Both the position numbers and the translations under genes were made by a program. The notes beneath the pieces are model-generated. The model was not told the origin of the DNA. It made no database searches and worked only from the letters and a program-made list of their open reading frames with translations. This document shows, one piece after another, positions 18,179-28,394 of a stretch of 64,000 nt of DNA (position 1 is its first letter; each line of letters begins with the position of its first letter). The stretch is from a virus, in the IMG/VR virus record IMGVR_UViG_3300027747_002969, positions 20,334 to 84,333 of that record; one strand, 5' to 3'.

Positions 18179-18700
18179 ATGGTTAATCAACCAATCAGTT
18201 ATAAATTTGTGAGCACCAAAGAATACATAGATGAATTTCCATGTGCCTATCGACAGTATTTGGCAGATGACAAACCGGGGAATATTCCTGGTTGTAATAA
18301 GATACATGGTTACAGTTTCAGTATAAAATTTTATTTTGGTACCAATTCACTAGATGCACGAAATTGGGTAGCTGATTATGGGGCACTGCGACCTCTCAAA
18401 GATTTTCTGAAAGATCTGTTTGATCATACCTTGTTGGTCAGTGAAACAGACCCTCATTTGGATTGGTATCAAGAAGCCATGCGCAGAGGAATCGCTAAAC
18501 TTACCATTCTCCCCAAATTGGGATGTGAAGGACTGGCAGATATGCTTTACAAATATGTCAACGCTGTGTTCATACCCGAGCAATGGGGAAGTAACGAATC
18601 TGAAAGGATTTGGTGTTACAAAGTGTCTGTTCGAGAAACTCAATCAAACCTAGCATTTCGTGTTGGTCATAGAGAATGGGACGACGATTTATTTTCTTGA
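18179..18700 (+). CDS. queD: 6-carboxy-5,6,7,8-tetrahydropterin synthase
   Basis: CNKIHGYS, WVADYG, FDHTLL, GCEGLA, VRET. Confidence 0.88.
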   Translation: MVNQPISYKFVSTKEYIDEFPCAYRQYLADDKPGNIPGCNKIHGYSFSIKFYFGTNSLDARNWVADYGALRPLKDFLKDLFDHTLLVSETDPHLDWYQEAMRRGIAKLTILPKLGCEGLADMLYKYVNAVFIPEQWGSNESERIWCYKVSVRETQSNLAFRVGHREWDDDLFS

Positions 18701-18819
18701 ACATGTTTCACGGTGTTGACGTTTGTAGTTTCCAAACAAGTTGACCACAGTGAACGATGTAGAATTTCATTGATAGCTGCGGTCGAAAATACAGTTAACC
18801 AACATAGGAAAAATGAAAA

Positions 18820-19011
18820 ATGTCTGATAGCAAGTTAGTAGAATCTGATCAAATGGCCACCGTTTACCAAGGTCGAGTGGCCAAAGAAGACGGCGAACTG
18901 GTGTTGGTATTTCCAGCCAGCATGCTGTTGGACCTTGGTTGGCAAGAAGGTGACAGTGTTGTCTGGGATATTCGACCAGACGCAGTGGTAGTCAAAAAGG
19001 TCAATGACTGA
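18820..19011 (+). CDS. AbrB/MazE-like small DNA-binding protein
   Basis: LVLVFPASMLLDLGWQEGDSVVW swapped-hairpin pattern. Confidence 0.65.
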   Translation: MSDSKLVESDQMATVYQGRVAKEDGELVLVFPASMLLDLGWQEGDSVVWDIRPDAVVVKKVND

Positions 19012-19067
19012 ATAGGCCAAAATCGATATCTAATGTAGTGTGAATCAGCAACAGGATGAGACATACC

Positions 19068-19589
19068 ATGTCAGTAACCAGCAATCCGTATATTACATTC
19101 AACATATCATCTGCCAACACTGGCTCATTTACAGTAAATGGAGGTTGGAGTCATAACACATCTATTGCTGGTCACAGTGGCCCCATAGTGAATCCCGGTG
19201 CAATAACTGTGGCAGGTGCAATGACCAGCGGTTTGAACAGTTCTATGCTGGGCAGTTATAATGTCAACAGCTGTCAGAACGGTTTAAGTATACCAATCGG
19301 CAACAACGTCAGATTAACCATTAGTCCAGACGGCCAAATAGAATGGTCTGGACCTGCAAGCAAGGCTGCAGAGCATTTTTTAACGTCTCTTGGACATGTG
19401 ATCGATTGCAGCACGTCTGGCAAGCGTGCACTGGCCAAAAGTTATCGCCTTGCAATTGAACGCTGTTTGCGCCAGGCCAAACGCATGAGCCATGAAGACT
19501 TCATAGTCATGCTGGAGAAAGAAGTTGCCACAAGGCAGAGCAAGGCTGTGTGGATGACCCTGTGTGAGGACGAGGCTGTAGATGAATAA
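19068..19589 (+). CDS. Hypothetical protein
   Basis: ORF in operon orientation. Confidence 0.55.
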   Translation: MSVTSNPYITFNISSANTGSFTVNGGWSHNTSIAGHSGPIVNPGAITVAGAMTSGLNSSMLGSYNVNSCQNGLSIPIGNNVRLTISPDGQIEWSGPASKAAEHFLTSLGHVIDCSTSGKRALAKSYRLAIERCLRQAKRMSHEDFIVMLEKEVATRQSKAVWMTLCEDEAVDE

Positions 19590-19839
19590 TGACAGCAAAC
19601 CATTTCTACTGCTATGGGATCATCTCAGCAGTGAAGACATGCAAGAACGAATAGACTGGTTGAGGAAAAATCTCACAGCAGGAATTGATTGGGGATTTTG
19701 TGCGAATCCCAAGATTTGCGTTCTGAAGACCAGTAATGCTAACCTGCTCTATCGCCTGCGTTGGTTTGAACCCGGACAACAGAAAGAAATTGATTGGCAT
19801 CCTACATTTGAAAATAGTGACATTAATCGAAATGAGTGA
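19582..19839 (+). CDS. Hypothetical protein
   Basis: Overlaps the previous stop; GAGG RBS. Confidence 0.55.
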   Translation: MNNDSKPFLLLWDHLSSEDMQERIDWLRKNLTAGIDWGFCANPKICVLKTSNANLLYRLRWFEPGQQKEIDWHPTFENSDINRNE

Positions 19840-19944
19840 ACTACCGCGCAAAAACTTAATTCCTGCTGTGTGGTACAGGAATTTTCTAGTTTGACAATCT
19901 AGATGAACCGCAACACACTTAAAAAGTAGATTGAAAGAAATGAC

Positions 19945-20826
19945 ATGTTTGGACATAATTCTATAGTTGGGCAGTCTTATTTTAAAGACGCTGGAGATAA
20001 CCTATTCGTAACAAGTATATTTGGAGTGACTCTGCAAGGCGAAGGTCCGTACCGAGGCGAGCCAGCAGTTTTTGTTAGACTGGCCAAATGTCAATTGGCC
20101 TGCAGTTTCTGTGATACCTTTTTTGATGACGGCGATTGGATGACAGTAGATCAAATTGATCAACGCATACAAACTGTGATTGAACAGTATTTTAATGGAT
20201 CAATTCCACTATGGGCCAGTGAACTACCCAGTTCAGAGTTTCAGGCTGCTAAACCAAGAGATATGGTGTTGGTAGTCACAGGCGGCGAACCCATGCTGCA
20301 GAAAAACATCGGTCCATTTCTCAAGCATATGAGCAAGAAGTTTGTCAAGACTCAGATCGAAAGCAACGGATTGCTGGTTCAAGACATTCCGGAATCCACA
20401 ACGCTGGTGGTAAGTCCAAAGTGCAATGAAAAGAACGGACAACCAACACAGTATCTTACACCAAATCCCAAGATGCTTGAACGTGCAAATTGTTTGAAGT
20501 TTGTAATGAATGCTGATCTCAATTCACCTTATGGGTCTGTTCCAATCTGGGCGCATGAGTGGCGCGACAAAACAGGTAACCCTGTGTTTGTCAGTCCAAT
20601 GAATATCTACAATGAAGAACCGCAGAAAAGCAAGCGTCTGCGCGCTGAAAAGAATCAGATCTCACTTGAAGAACGCAGTACTGTAGATGAAGTGATTTCT
20701 TGGTGGACACCCGGACTGTTAAACATGGCAGAAAACCAACGCAATCACGAGTATGCTGCTAGATACGCTGTCAGCAATGGGTTTGTATTCAATATGCAAC
20801 TGCATTTATTTGGTAATCTAGCCTAA
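19945..20826 (+). CDS. queE: 7-carboxy-7-deazaguanine synthase (radical SAM)
   Basis: TLQGEG, FVRLAKCQLACSFCDT (CxxxCxxC), VTGGEP, IESNG, VSPK, QLH. Confidence 0.93.
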   Translation: MFGHNSIVGQSYFKDAGDNLFVTSIFGVTLQGEGPYRGEPAVFVRLAKCQLACSFCDTFFDDGDWMTVDQIDQRIQTVIEQYFNGSIPLWASELPSSEFQAAKPRDMVLVVTGGEPMLQKNIGPFLKHMSKKFVKTQIESNGLLVQDIPESTTLVVSPKCNEKNGQPTQYLTPNPKMLERANCLKFVMNADLNSPYGSVPIWAHEWRDKTGNPVFVSPMNIYNEEPQKSKRLRAEKNQISLEERSTVDEVISWWTPGLLNMAENQRNHEYAARYAVSNGFVFNMQLHLFGNLA

Positions 20827-21539
20827 TGACATACTCGCTGTATCTTATATCAAACAAACCTCAATATCACAATGTCATACAATCAGGACTTGGCAGCCAA
20901 CATCTGGAATATTTTGATGGTAGCAATGTGGCAAATTTCAGCCAATTGGTCAACACCTGTGTTGAATATGCCAACACAGAAACAGTAATTCTGATGAGTG
21001 ACAAGGTGCGTCCAACACAAGAGCATGTGGATAAAACACTGAGCCTGCTGGAACAAGGCTATGCGTTTGTTGGTCTACAACTTTTTAGATTTTTTGCGTT
21101 TAAAAAACAGTTGTTCAGACAAATTGGCTGTATGGACGAAAGATATGTTGGTACTGGTCATGAGGACTATGACCTATATGTGCGTTTGATCGAACACAAT
21201 CTACCATTTTGGATAGAAGAATCTGTACCCTGGGATCATAGACCTTCTTCTTGGGCTGACAGTCAGGGAGTTTATCGGGGTTATACACATTGGTGTACCA
21301 AATGGCTACACCACTGGGTTGAAGGTCAACCATTGCCTGTATGTCTCGAACGGACTATGGCTGAGGAATCATATGGCTATGATTTTGGCCCAGAGCAGCC
21401 GGTAAGTTTTTTATCGGGACGAGACTGTTTCTATACTACCAACTGGCCGCATGTTGGGGCTTTTCTAGCTATGGATATAGTATCTGGCACTAACCTACGC
21501 TATAATAGGATCCAACCCAGTCTGCAGATTGGAAAATAA
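20826..21539 (+). CDS. GT-A (GT2/GT7-C-terminal-like) glycosyltransferase
   Basis: IGCMDERYVGTGHEDYDLYVRL; TAATG overlap with queE. Confidence 0.6.
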   Translation: MTYSLYLISNKPQYHNVIQSGLGSQHLEYFDGSNVANFSQLVNTCVEYANTETVILMSDKVRPTQEHVDKTLSLLEQGYAFVGLQLFRFFAFKKQLFRQIGCMDERYVGTGHEDYDLYVRLIEHNLPFWIEESVPWDHRPSSWADSQGVYRGYTHWCTKWLHHWVEGQPLPVCLERTMAEESYGYDFGPEQPVSFLSGRDCFYTTNWPHVGAFLAMDIVSGTNLRYNRIQPSLQIGK

Positions 21540-21540
21540 A

Positions 21541-22125
21541 ATGAGAAAACCACTAATACCATTTTGGATGATGCCCGGCTCATGGGGTCTCAGGGGCAAG
21601 ACTCGTGAGATAGCACAGGCGGAATATGAACTAAGGCAAGGCGATCTAGAGAAAAAACTGCTGGAGATAAACTATCGAGATGATCCTAAAGAATTGGCTC
21701 GCAGACAGTTGGAACTCAGTCGCAAACTCCGTGAAATATCTGATATAGTCTATGATCAACACAAATTACGTTTGGAAATAGATGACCAAACCACATTGGA
21801 ATTGGCCGAACTTGACCTGCTGCTGAAGCATGAAAAATTAACCAAATTGGAATATGATCGCAAGCGTGCAGATATTCTCAAGGAACCCTGGGTCAGTATG
21901 CCTGTGATCAATTGGGATCCATTGACCAGTAGTCGAACTTATTTTCAATTGGAATATAACGAGTATTTCTATCCGCATCTTTTGGCCAACGGCTATGAAG
22001 GCGAAGAAGATACAGTGATCAACAACTGGTTGAATGACATCTGCATCAGCATTACCGAAGAGATTAATGGCATGGAAGCAGATCTCATCACTCCCACAAG
22101 GCGTGCAGATCCCCTAGACAATTGA
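21541..22125 (+). CDS. Hypothetical protein
   Basis: Contiguous ORF (PGSWGLRG, EPWV, NNWLNDIC). Confidence 0.65.
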   Translation: MRKPLIPFWMMPGSWGLRGKTREIAQAEYELRQGDLEKKLLEINYRDDPKELARRQLELSRKLREISDIVYDQHKLRLEIDDQTTLELAELDLLLKHEKLTKLEYDRKRADILKEPWVSMPVINWDPLTSSRTYFQLEYNEYFYPHLLANGYEGEEDTVINNWLNDICISITEEINGMEADLITPTRRADPLDN

Positions 22126-22129
22126 CATC

Positions 22130-22157
22130 TTGACAGTCATCCTGGTTGCCGTATAAT
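22130..22157 (+). promoter_or_regulatory. Sigma70-like promoter
   Basis: TTGACA, 16 nt, TATAAT upstream of rnh. Confidence 0.6.
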
Positions 22158-22186
22158 AAAACTGCAGCAACCTAAACGGATTAAAA

Positions 22187-23188
22187 ATGTCACAGACCTA
22201 CATTGTCATCGACACTCAAAATTTATTTCTCAGGGTTCGACATGGAGTCCGTGCTCCTGATGCTGAACAGCAGTTGGCTCTGGCACTGCATATCATATTC
22301 AACAGCATTAAAAAAGTTTGGAATCAATTTGATGCTGCACACACGGTGTTTTGTTTAGAAGGTCGCAGTTGGCGCAAGGATATTTATGCACCATACAAGG
22401 CCAATCGCAAGGCAGCAGCAATCAAACGTACTCCTCGTGAGGTTGAAGAAGACACGATATTTTTTGAAGTGATGGACGAATTCATCAATTTCATTAAGAA
22501 TCAAACCAACTGCACAGTACTGCGCCATGCTGAAGCAGAAGCAGATGACATGATTGCACGTTGGATTGGTCTACATCCGCAGGACTCGCACATCATTATC
22601 AGCAGTGACAGTGATTTCCAACAGTTAGTGGCCGACAATGTGATGATCTTCAACGGTATATCCGGCTTGCTCTATACCAAACTTGGCATCTATGACAAGG
22701 ACGGCAAGATTGCTAAAAACAAGCATGGAGAAGAATTGCCAGTGCCTAACCCCGAATGGCTGCTGTTTGAAAAATGCATGCGCGGTGATGACAGTGACAA
22801 TGTCATGAGCGCTTTCCCAGGTGTACGCAGCAAGAAACTCCAGGAGGCTTATGAGGATCGCAACAACAGGGGCTTTGCTTGGAATAATCTCATGCTCAGC
22901 AAATGGAGTGATCATGAAGGTGTTGAACATCGTGTGAGAGATGATTTCGAACGCAATAAACTGCTGATTGATCTCAGCATGCAGCCAGCAGATCTTGTGG
23001 AAAAGTTTGATGAGACCATACGTGCTAGCATTGTTACTGAAATACGCAAGCAGGTTGGATTGTCTTTGATCAAATTCTGCAACAGACATGGTCTAATAAA
23101 GATAGAAAAAAACAGCGGAGAATACAGCAGTTGTTTCAGTGCGGTCTATACTGGTAATCTCCTGCAGACCCAAGATCAAGGAGAATAG
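22187..23188 (+). CDS. rnh: T4-type RNase H / 5'-3' flap exonuclease
   Basis: VIDTQN, SWRKDIYAPYKANR, EADDMIA, SSDSDFQQL, RGDDSDNV. Confidence 0.9.
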   Translation: MSQTYIVIDTQNLFLRVRHGVRAPDAEQQLALALHIIFNSIKKVWNQFDAAHTVFCLEGRSWRKDIYAPYKANRKAAAIKRTPREVEEDTIFFEVMDEFINFIKNQTNCTVLRHAEAEADDMIARWIGLHPQDSHIIISSDSDFQQLVADNVMIFNGISGLLYTKLGIYDKDGKIAKNKHGEELPVPNPEWLLFEKCMRGDDSDNVMSAFPGVRSKKLQEAYEDRNNRGFAWNNLMLSKWSDHEGVEHRVRDDFERNKLLIDLSMQPADLVEKFDETIRASIVTEIRKQVGLSLIKFCNRHGLIKIEKNSGEYSSCFSAVYTGNLLQTQDQGE

Positions 23189-23192
23189 CAGC

Positions 23193-23672
23193 ATGGCGGT
23201 TAGATACAGTTTAAAACCTCTAGGCGATCAGTGTTGGCTATTGACTGGTGATGGGGATCGTATTGGCCTTGTGAATAAGATCAACGGCGAAATAAACGTA
23301 ATAGGTCGATTAGAACCCAAGCACTATGCAGATCTTGCTGCATTGGAAACTAGACTGGGGGGTAGGTTAGAAATAGAAGCCATGACAGTGAACATACGTG
23401 AACCCGAGTTGGGCAACATTGATGGATATCCTGTTAAGCACAACACATTTTTTGATTCCAGTATGGATCCTGTACCAAACTACGCTAGAACTGCCAAGGG
23501 TCGGGATAGATATGCAGCGGGTTATTATGCATTGCGTTTCCCGCAGGGATGGACACACAGTTTCTGTCCAAGGTTAAACACACTAGGCGATTATGAACAT
23601 GCTGGTCCTTTCAAAAACAAATTGGAGATGCAGCATTATATCACAACCAAAAACAAGGAAAAGACAATATGA
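23193..23672 (+). CDS. Hypothetical protein
   Basis: AGGAG RBS; YAAGYY...SFCPRLNTL...GPFK. Confidence 0.65.
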   Translation: MAVRYSLKPLGDQCWLLTGDGDRIGLVNKINGEINVIGRLEPKHYADLAALETRLGGRLEIEAMTVNIREPELGNIDGYPVKHNTFFDSSMDPVPNYARTAKGRDRYAAGYYALRFPQGWTHSFCPRLNTLGDYEHAGPFKNKLEMQHYITTKNKEKTI

Positions 23673-23893
23673 GTACATCGGCATTGGAGGTATTTGTCAA
23701 AAAGTATCAAACTGCAAGATCCTACAACAGCAAGGAGATACGTCTCAGCATACAAGATGCTGAAGAACTGGCCACGTCAATTGCGTTGGTGTTGTCTAGT
23801 GTCAATTCACTCAGTGCCAAAGTCATTCAACTGCAGGATAAACTATTGGCAGACAAGAATGAGATTGATCTATCGGGTGGCAGTTTCACCTAG
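23669..23893 (+). CDS. Hypothetical protein
   Basis: ATGA overlap; ends DLSGGSFT. Confidence 0.6.
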   Translation: MSTSALEVFVKKYQTARSYNSKEIRLSIQDAEELATSIALVLSSVNSLSAKVIQLQDKLLADKNEIDLSGGSFT

Positions 23894-23915
23894 GAATCAA
23901 CACAGGGGGCATGTC

Positions 23916-24530
23916 ATGACAGATTTGTACAAGTCTATCCGCGACCCGCTGCTGTCTATGGTGATAGACACAGTTGGCCATTTTGATCTATCACGAGGTC
24001 CTTGGATAGCAGGAGGCTGTCCTCGTAGACTATGGCAGGGTATGTCGTGGATCAATAATGATGTAGATTGTTTCTTCAGCAACCAGCAAGACCTTGCTGA
24101 GGCACAGACACGACTGCAGGCCGTTTATCAACAGCAATATGATGAATGGACCAACAAACTGGTTAGCTTGGAGATTTCCAGTTGGCAGACCAGAAATGCC
24201 TGGACCTATAAGATATACATAGCAGGAGAATTGATACAAATACAATTGGTCAAATCGTTGAACCCCAGTCTAGTAGATTTATGGAATAGTTTTGATTTCA
24301 CTGTGTGTAAATTTGCCACAGATGGCCATACAGTGGTGGCCGATGCTACAGCCGTGACAGATGTTGACAGCCGTAGGCTGCGAAAGAACTTTGGTTATGG
24401 AAAAATCAAATTTAATCGAGTAATCAAATACGGTTTTTATGGGTTTGATTCTGATGCTGATATTTTAGCCGAGTTGCTGCAGCAGTACCAACACCAAACA
24501 ATTGACAAGACTGATGATATCTATGTATAA
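23916..24530 (+). CDS. Pol-beta-type nucleotidyltransferase (CCA/poly(A) polymerase head-like)
   Basis: WIAGGCPRR...NDVDCFF...IQLV...FDFTVC. Confidence 0.7.
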   Translation: MTDLYKSIRDPLLSMVIDTVGHFDLSRGPWIAGGCPRRLWQGMSWINNDVDCFFSNQQDLAEAQTRLQAVYQQQYDEWTNKLVSLEISSWQTRNAWTYKIYIAGELIQIQLVKSLNPSLVDLWNSFDFTVCKFATDGHTVVADATAVTDVDSRRLRKNFGYGKIKFNRVIKYGFYGFDSDADILAELLQQYQHQTIDKTDDIYV

Positions 24531-24879
24531 ATTTCTAGAAGAAACACGAGTTTTTAGCCAACTGACCGGTGGTTGTTATTATGCAGATGTTGGCCGGGAG
24601 AAATACGTCTGCATAGGTGGTATTGTCCTGCCCTACCGTATAGGAGTCAACATGATGATCTGGGTCATGGCTAAGTCTACATCATACCATCATCTGTTAG
24701 ATGTTGCTGATATACAGCAGATTATCACAATGAATCCGGAGAGTTTTAGTAGGCCAAATTACGGAAACAAACCACAAGACCGTGCGTTCACGTGCTGGGA
24801 TATTTTCAATAAAATAGAGACCATTATGCGCAATTGGAGCATGGAAGAATTCGACAAGTTTGTGCCCTGCACTGAGTGA
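24523..24879 (+). CDS. Hypothetical protein
   Basis: Overlapping ORF in operon. Confidence 0.5.
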   Translation: MYKFLEETRVFSQLTGGCYYADVGREKYVCIGGIVLPYRIGVNMMIWVMAKSTSYHHLLDVADIQQIITMNPESFSRPNYGNKPQDRAFTCWDIFNKIETIMRNWSMEEFDKFVPCTE

Positions 24880-24918
24880 TAATTGGCTCATGCCATAAAT
24901 ATGAGCGGAGAACAATGC

Positions 24919-25215
24919 ATGAGCCGACCAAAACCCGCAATACTCTTGGATTATACAGACAGCAGTACCTATAAGAGCGAACAGGTTCTGCAGGCGGTTG
25001 GTATTTATGCAGTATTTTACCATAATCAACCAATCAACCTACGCAGCCTTAACAAATTACTGGATTATCCTGGACCAAAATACCGCAAGGTAAGTTTTGC
25101 CAACCCAGGACATGCATTCAATCTAGCCGAAAAACTCAACAAACTTTTTAAAACAGACGGTTTCAAAGTGTACCTGTTAACAAATGGCGAGATTATCACT
25201 GAAAAAACCAAATGA
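24919..25215 (+). CDS. Hypothetical protein (MSRPKP... type)
   Basis: GPKYRKVSFANPGHAFNLAEKLN; GGAG RBS. Confidence 0.7.
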   Translation: MSRPKPAILLDYTDSSTYKSEQVLQAVGIYAVFYHNQPINLRSLNKLLDYPGPKYRKVSFANPGHAFNLAEKLNKLFKTDGFKVYLLTNGEIITEKTK

Positions 25216-25612
25216 TCTCATAGAGTTGCCGCAAGGCTACCAAAATCAAAAAGATCTTGTGGCACTGTTGTTATCAAACCCTGTAGTGGTCAAAACATGG
25301 CAAGGGCAGTATGGCAGCACACTGCCTGATGACGCAGCAGGTTTTGTAAAGATATTTTTTATGAAAAACAGCTGGCAACTCTCTTTTGTTGGAGTCATGG
25401 CCTTTTCACAGATCTTTACCTACTGGAGTGTGCAGCATCCGGACAATGTGGCTCTAACTGGTCGTGTATTGGTCAATATGAGCAAGATCACCAATGGCCC
25501 GTGGTACAGTCAAGGTCGTCATATCTGTGTATGGAGCCAAAACACGCATTTCGAACTGCTGATGTTTGACGGCAGCATCAAAAGGTTTGTGGAATTTTAT
25601 ATGGTGAAATAA
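25184..25612 (+). CDS. Hypothetical protein
   Basis: ORF in operon orientation. Confidence 0.55.
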   Translation: MARLSLKKPNDLIELPQGYQNQKDLVALLLSNPVVVKTWQGQYGSTLPDDAAGFVKIFFMKNSWQLSFVGVMAFSQIFTYWSVQHPDNVALTGRVLVNMSKITNGPWYSQGRHICVWSQNTHFELLMFDGSIKRFVEFYMVK

Positions 25613-25734
25613 CCATTGGCAACCGTCGAACCATGTGATTTTTCAACGGCATCTTGTGAAAAATTTCTGTTGACATGCATGTTGCCATATGCTATTTTCC
25701 TATTATAACTTAACCAAACAAAGGACTAAATGAT

Positions 25735-26937
25735 ATGGCTTCTGCAACACGTAATAAAATGCTGGAAATCAGCACCATTAACCCCAGTCGGTTGAAGTTG
25801 GCAATTCAACATAGTATTGCCCGAAAGCGTCCGCTATTTATCTGGGGTCAGCCTGGCATCGGCAAGAGTGAACTGGTAGCCGAAGTGGCACGCTCACAAA
25901 ACCGTCCGTTGATTGACATCCGTTTGCCTCTGATGGAACCCACTGACATTCGAGGTATTCCCTATCTCGCTGAAGTTAAAGTTTATGACAGCAGTGGCAA
26001 AATTGTGCGCGATGAGCACAACGTTCCTATCATGGACAAGGAATTCCGTTGGAGCACTCCCAGTGACTTGCCAACTGACGAAGCCAGCCGTGCACTGGTG
26101 TTTTTTGATGAGATGAGCGCAGCACCTCCCAGTGTGCAGGCAGCCACATATCAGATCATTCTCAATCGTCGCATCGGCAACTATGAACTGCCGCAAGATG
26201 TGGTGATCGTTGCCGCTGGCAACCGTGTAAAGGACAAGGGTGTAGCCTACAACATGCCCATGCCGTTGGCCAACCGTTTTACACATCTCACTTTGGAAGT
26301 TGATGCTGAAGATTGGCACGAATGGGCTACACTGAATCGTGTGCACAAGGATGTCGTCGGTTACATCAAATTTCAACCTGGTGATTTGAACAGTTTCAAT
26401 CCCAGTGTGGACGGATATGCTTTTGCTACACCGCGCAGTTGGTATTTTACCAGTGAACTGCTGCAGGAAACTGATGATACTGGGGCTATGGTGGACACAG
26501 CACTGCCTGCAGATGTGCTGGGCGACATGATCAAAGGCACTATCGGTGAAGGCATTGGTATCAAGTTCCTCAGTTATCGCAAACAGGCTGTAAACCTCCC
26601 GCATGCCAAAGACGTGCTGAGCGGCAAGGTCAAAAAGTTGAATACCAAACAGATTGACGTGATGTATGCGCTGACCACTGCATTGTGCTATGAACTGCGA
26701 GATGCCAGTGAGCGCGCTGAGAAAGCCAGTCGCAGTGGCGATCAAACAGCAACAGTGGAGTTTCACAAGCAAGTTGACACGTTCTTCCGGTTTATCATGG
26801 ACAATTTTGAAGATGAGTTGGCAGTAATGGCCAGCAAAACCATTCTTGGTACCTACAAGTTGCCCATCAAAGCACCATTGTTGAGCAATTGGACCGAATT
26901 TGTAAAGGCCTACGGCGATCTACTGCCCAACGCCTAA
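25735..26937 (+). CDS. MoxR-like AAA+ ATPase
   Basis: Walker A GQPGIGKS, Walker B FFDE, AAGNR, LANRF, TPRSW; TTGACA promoter at 25670. Confidence 0.9.
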   Translation: MASATRNKMLEISTINPSRLKLAIQHSIARKRPLFIWGQPGIGKSELVAEVARSQNRPLIDIRLPLMEPTDIRGIPYLAEVKVYDSSGKIVRDEHNVPIMDKEFRWSTPSDLPTDEASRALVFFDEMSAAPPSVQAATYQIILNRRIGNYELPQDVVIVAAGNRVKDKGVAYNMPMPLANRFTHLTLEVDAEDWHEWATLNRVHKDVVGYIKFQPGDLNSFNPSVDGYAFATPRSWYFTSELLQETDDTGAMVDTALPADVLGDMIKGTIGEGIGIKFLSYRKQAVNLPHAKDVLSGKVKKLNTKQIDVMYALTTALCYELRDASERAEKASRSGDQTATVEFHKQVDTFFRFIMDNFEDELAVMASKTILGTYKLPIKAPLLSNWTEFVKAYGDLLPNA

Positions 26938-26957
26938 GTGCAGCAGAGGCCAACTTC

Positions 26958-26986
26958 AGCAGCGGGATTCAACTCCCGCTGCTTTT
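26958..26986 (+). terminator. Rho-independent terminator
   Basis: AGCAGCGGGA-TTCAAC-TCCCGCTGCT followed by a T-run. Confidence 0.75.
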
Positions 26987-27098
26987 CTATCGGTGTCAAC
27001 TGTGTAATGTGGGATAATGGTCTTTGACTAGACATCTAAAACGTTGACTGTTGAGTTTTTCATGCTACAATCCAGTTATAAACTTTTTTGAGGAAATC

Positions 27099-28394
27099 AT
27101 GGCACAAGTCCCGTTAGCAACCAAACGCAGTCCTGTTGAGACCAAACTGAAACAGGCCAAACTCAAACTGCTGTTTAATCAGCCTTTTTTTGGCACGTTG
27201 ATCATGCACCTGCCATTGGTTGATGTTACCGATGCAGGATGGTGTCCCACTGCCGCAGTAGATGGACGTTATATCTACTACAATCGAGATTTTTTTGAAA
27301 AATTGAATGTGGATGAGATTCAATTTGTGTTGTGTCATGAACTGTTGCATGTGGCGTTTGATCATCTAGGGCGTCGAAGCCACAGAGACGCCAAGTGGTG
27401 GAACATGGCCAATGACTATGTGATCAATGCTGCATTGATTCGTGATAGAATTGGCAAAATGCCCACCGAACGTGTCAAGGTAGAAGACATTGACGACAGC
27501 GGTAAGAAAACCACTTCGCAGCGTATTGGATTGTATGATGAAAAATATCTTGGTTGGACATCAGAAGCAGTTTATGACGATCTAGAAAAGCGCAAGGTGA
27601 AAAAAGAGTTGACCTTGGATGTGCATCTCGAGTTGGGCAAAGATGGCAAAGGTGGCAAAGATCAAGGTCAGGGCACTGATGATAAATTTAAGATACCGGG
27701 GCTAACAGAAGAAGAAATGAAAGCAGTGCGTGAAGAAATCAAAAGCAAGATTCTTCAAGCGGCTAATGCAGCAGCTGGCAGGATGCCCGTTGGGCTACAA
27801 CGTCTGATCGACGAATTGGTAGAAAGCCGCGTGAATTGGCGAGACCTCCTGCAGCAGAGCATTCAAAGTTGTTTGGTAGACGATTTTACTTTTGCCAAAC
27901 CCAATCGACGTCACATGTATGGTGGCATTTTCATGCCCACGCTCAAAAAAGACGAGACGATCGATATCCAGATTGCCATCGACATGAGCGGTTCGATCTC
28001 AAATGACATGGCCAATGATTTTCTCAGCGAAGTCTATGGCATCATGCAACTCTATAATGAATTCAACATTGGTGTGCTTTGCTTTGACACCAAAGTCTAC
28101 AACTATAGAACCTTTACCAAAGATACCGAAGACGAACTGTTGAAATATGAATGCAAGGGCGGTGGCGGGACCAACTTTGAAGCATTCTGGAACCACTGGA
28201 AAGATCATCATATTGAACCAAAACTAGCGGTGGTTTTCACCGATGGCTATCCATCAGGCACATGGGGTCCCAGCAATTTTTGCGATACTTTATGGGTGAT
28301 CACAGAAGGCTTCAAGACTCGTGTAAAACCGCCGTTTGGCAGATGGGCGTATTATGAACACGGCAAGGGTGTTGAAGAACAGGGACAGGCATAG
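27099..28394 (+). CDS. Metallopeptidase-like plus vWA domain protein (DUF2201-like), MoxR partner
   Basis: TAAVDG, HELLH (HExxH), MIDAS DMSGS, GGGGTNF, FTDGY. Confidence 0.85.
   Translation: MAQVPLATKRSPVETKLKQAKLKLLFNQPFFGTLIMHLPLVDVTDAGWCPTAAVDGRYIYYNRDFFEKLNVDEIQFVLCHELLHVAFDHLGRRSHRDAKWWNMANDYVINAALIRDRIGKMPTERVKVEDIDDSGKKTTSQRIGLYDEKYLGWTSEAVYDDLEKRKVKKELTLDVHLELGKDGKGGKDQGQGTDDKFKIPGLTEEEMKAVREEIKSKILQAANAAAGRMPVGLQRLIDELVESRVNWRDLLQQSIQSCLVDDFTFAKPNRRHMYGGIFMPTLKKDETIDIQIAIDMSGSISNDMANDFLSEVYGIMQLYNEFNIGVLCFDTKVYNYRTFTKDTEDELLKYECKGGGGTNFEAFWNHWKDHHIEPKLAVVFTDGYPSGTWGPSNFCDTLWVITEGFKTRVKPPFGRWAYYEHGKGVEEQGQA

Noticed and set aside
18820-19589. MazEF-like toxin-antitoxin pair
   Set aside because: The gene after the AbrB-like ORF shows no toxin motifs
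25894-26772. 292-aa antisense ORF (and similar antisense ORFs such as 8345-8833, 13553-14128, 54432-55046)
   Set aside because: They shadow well-supported genes on the opposite strand and have no motifs or RBS
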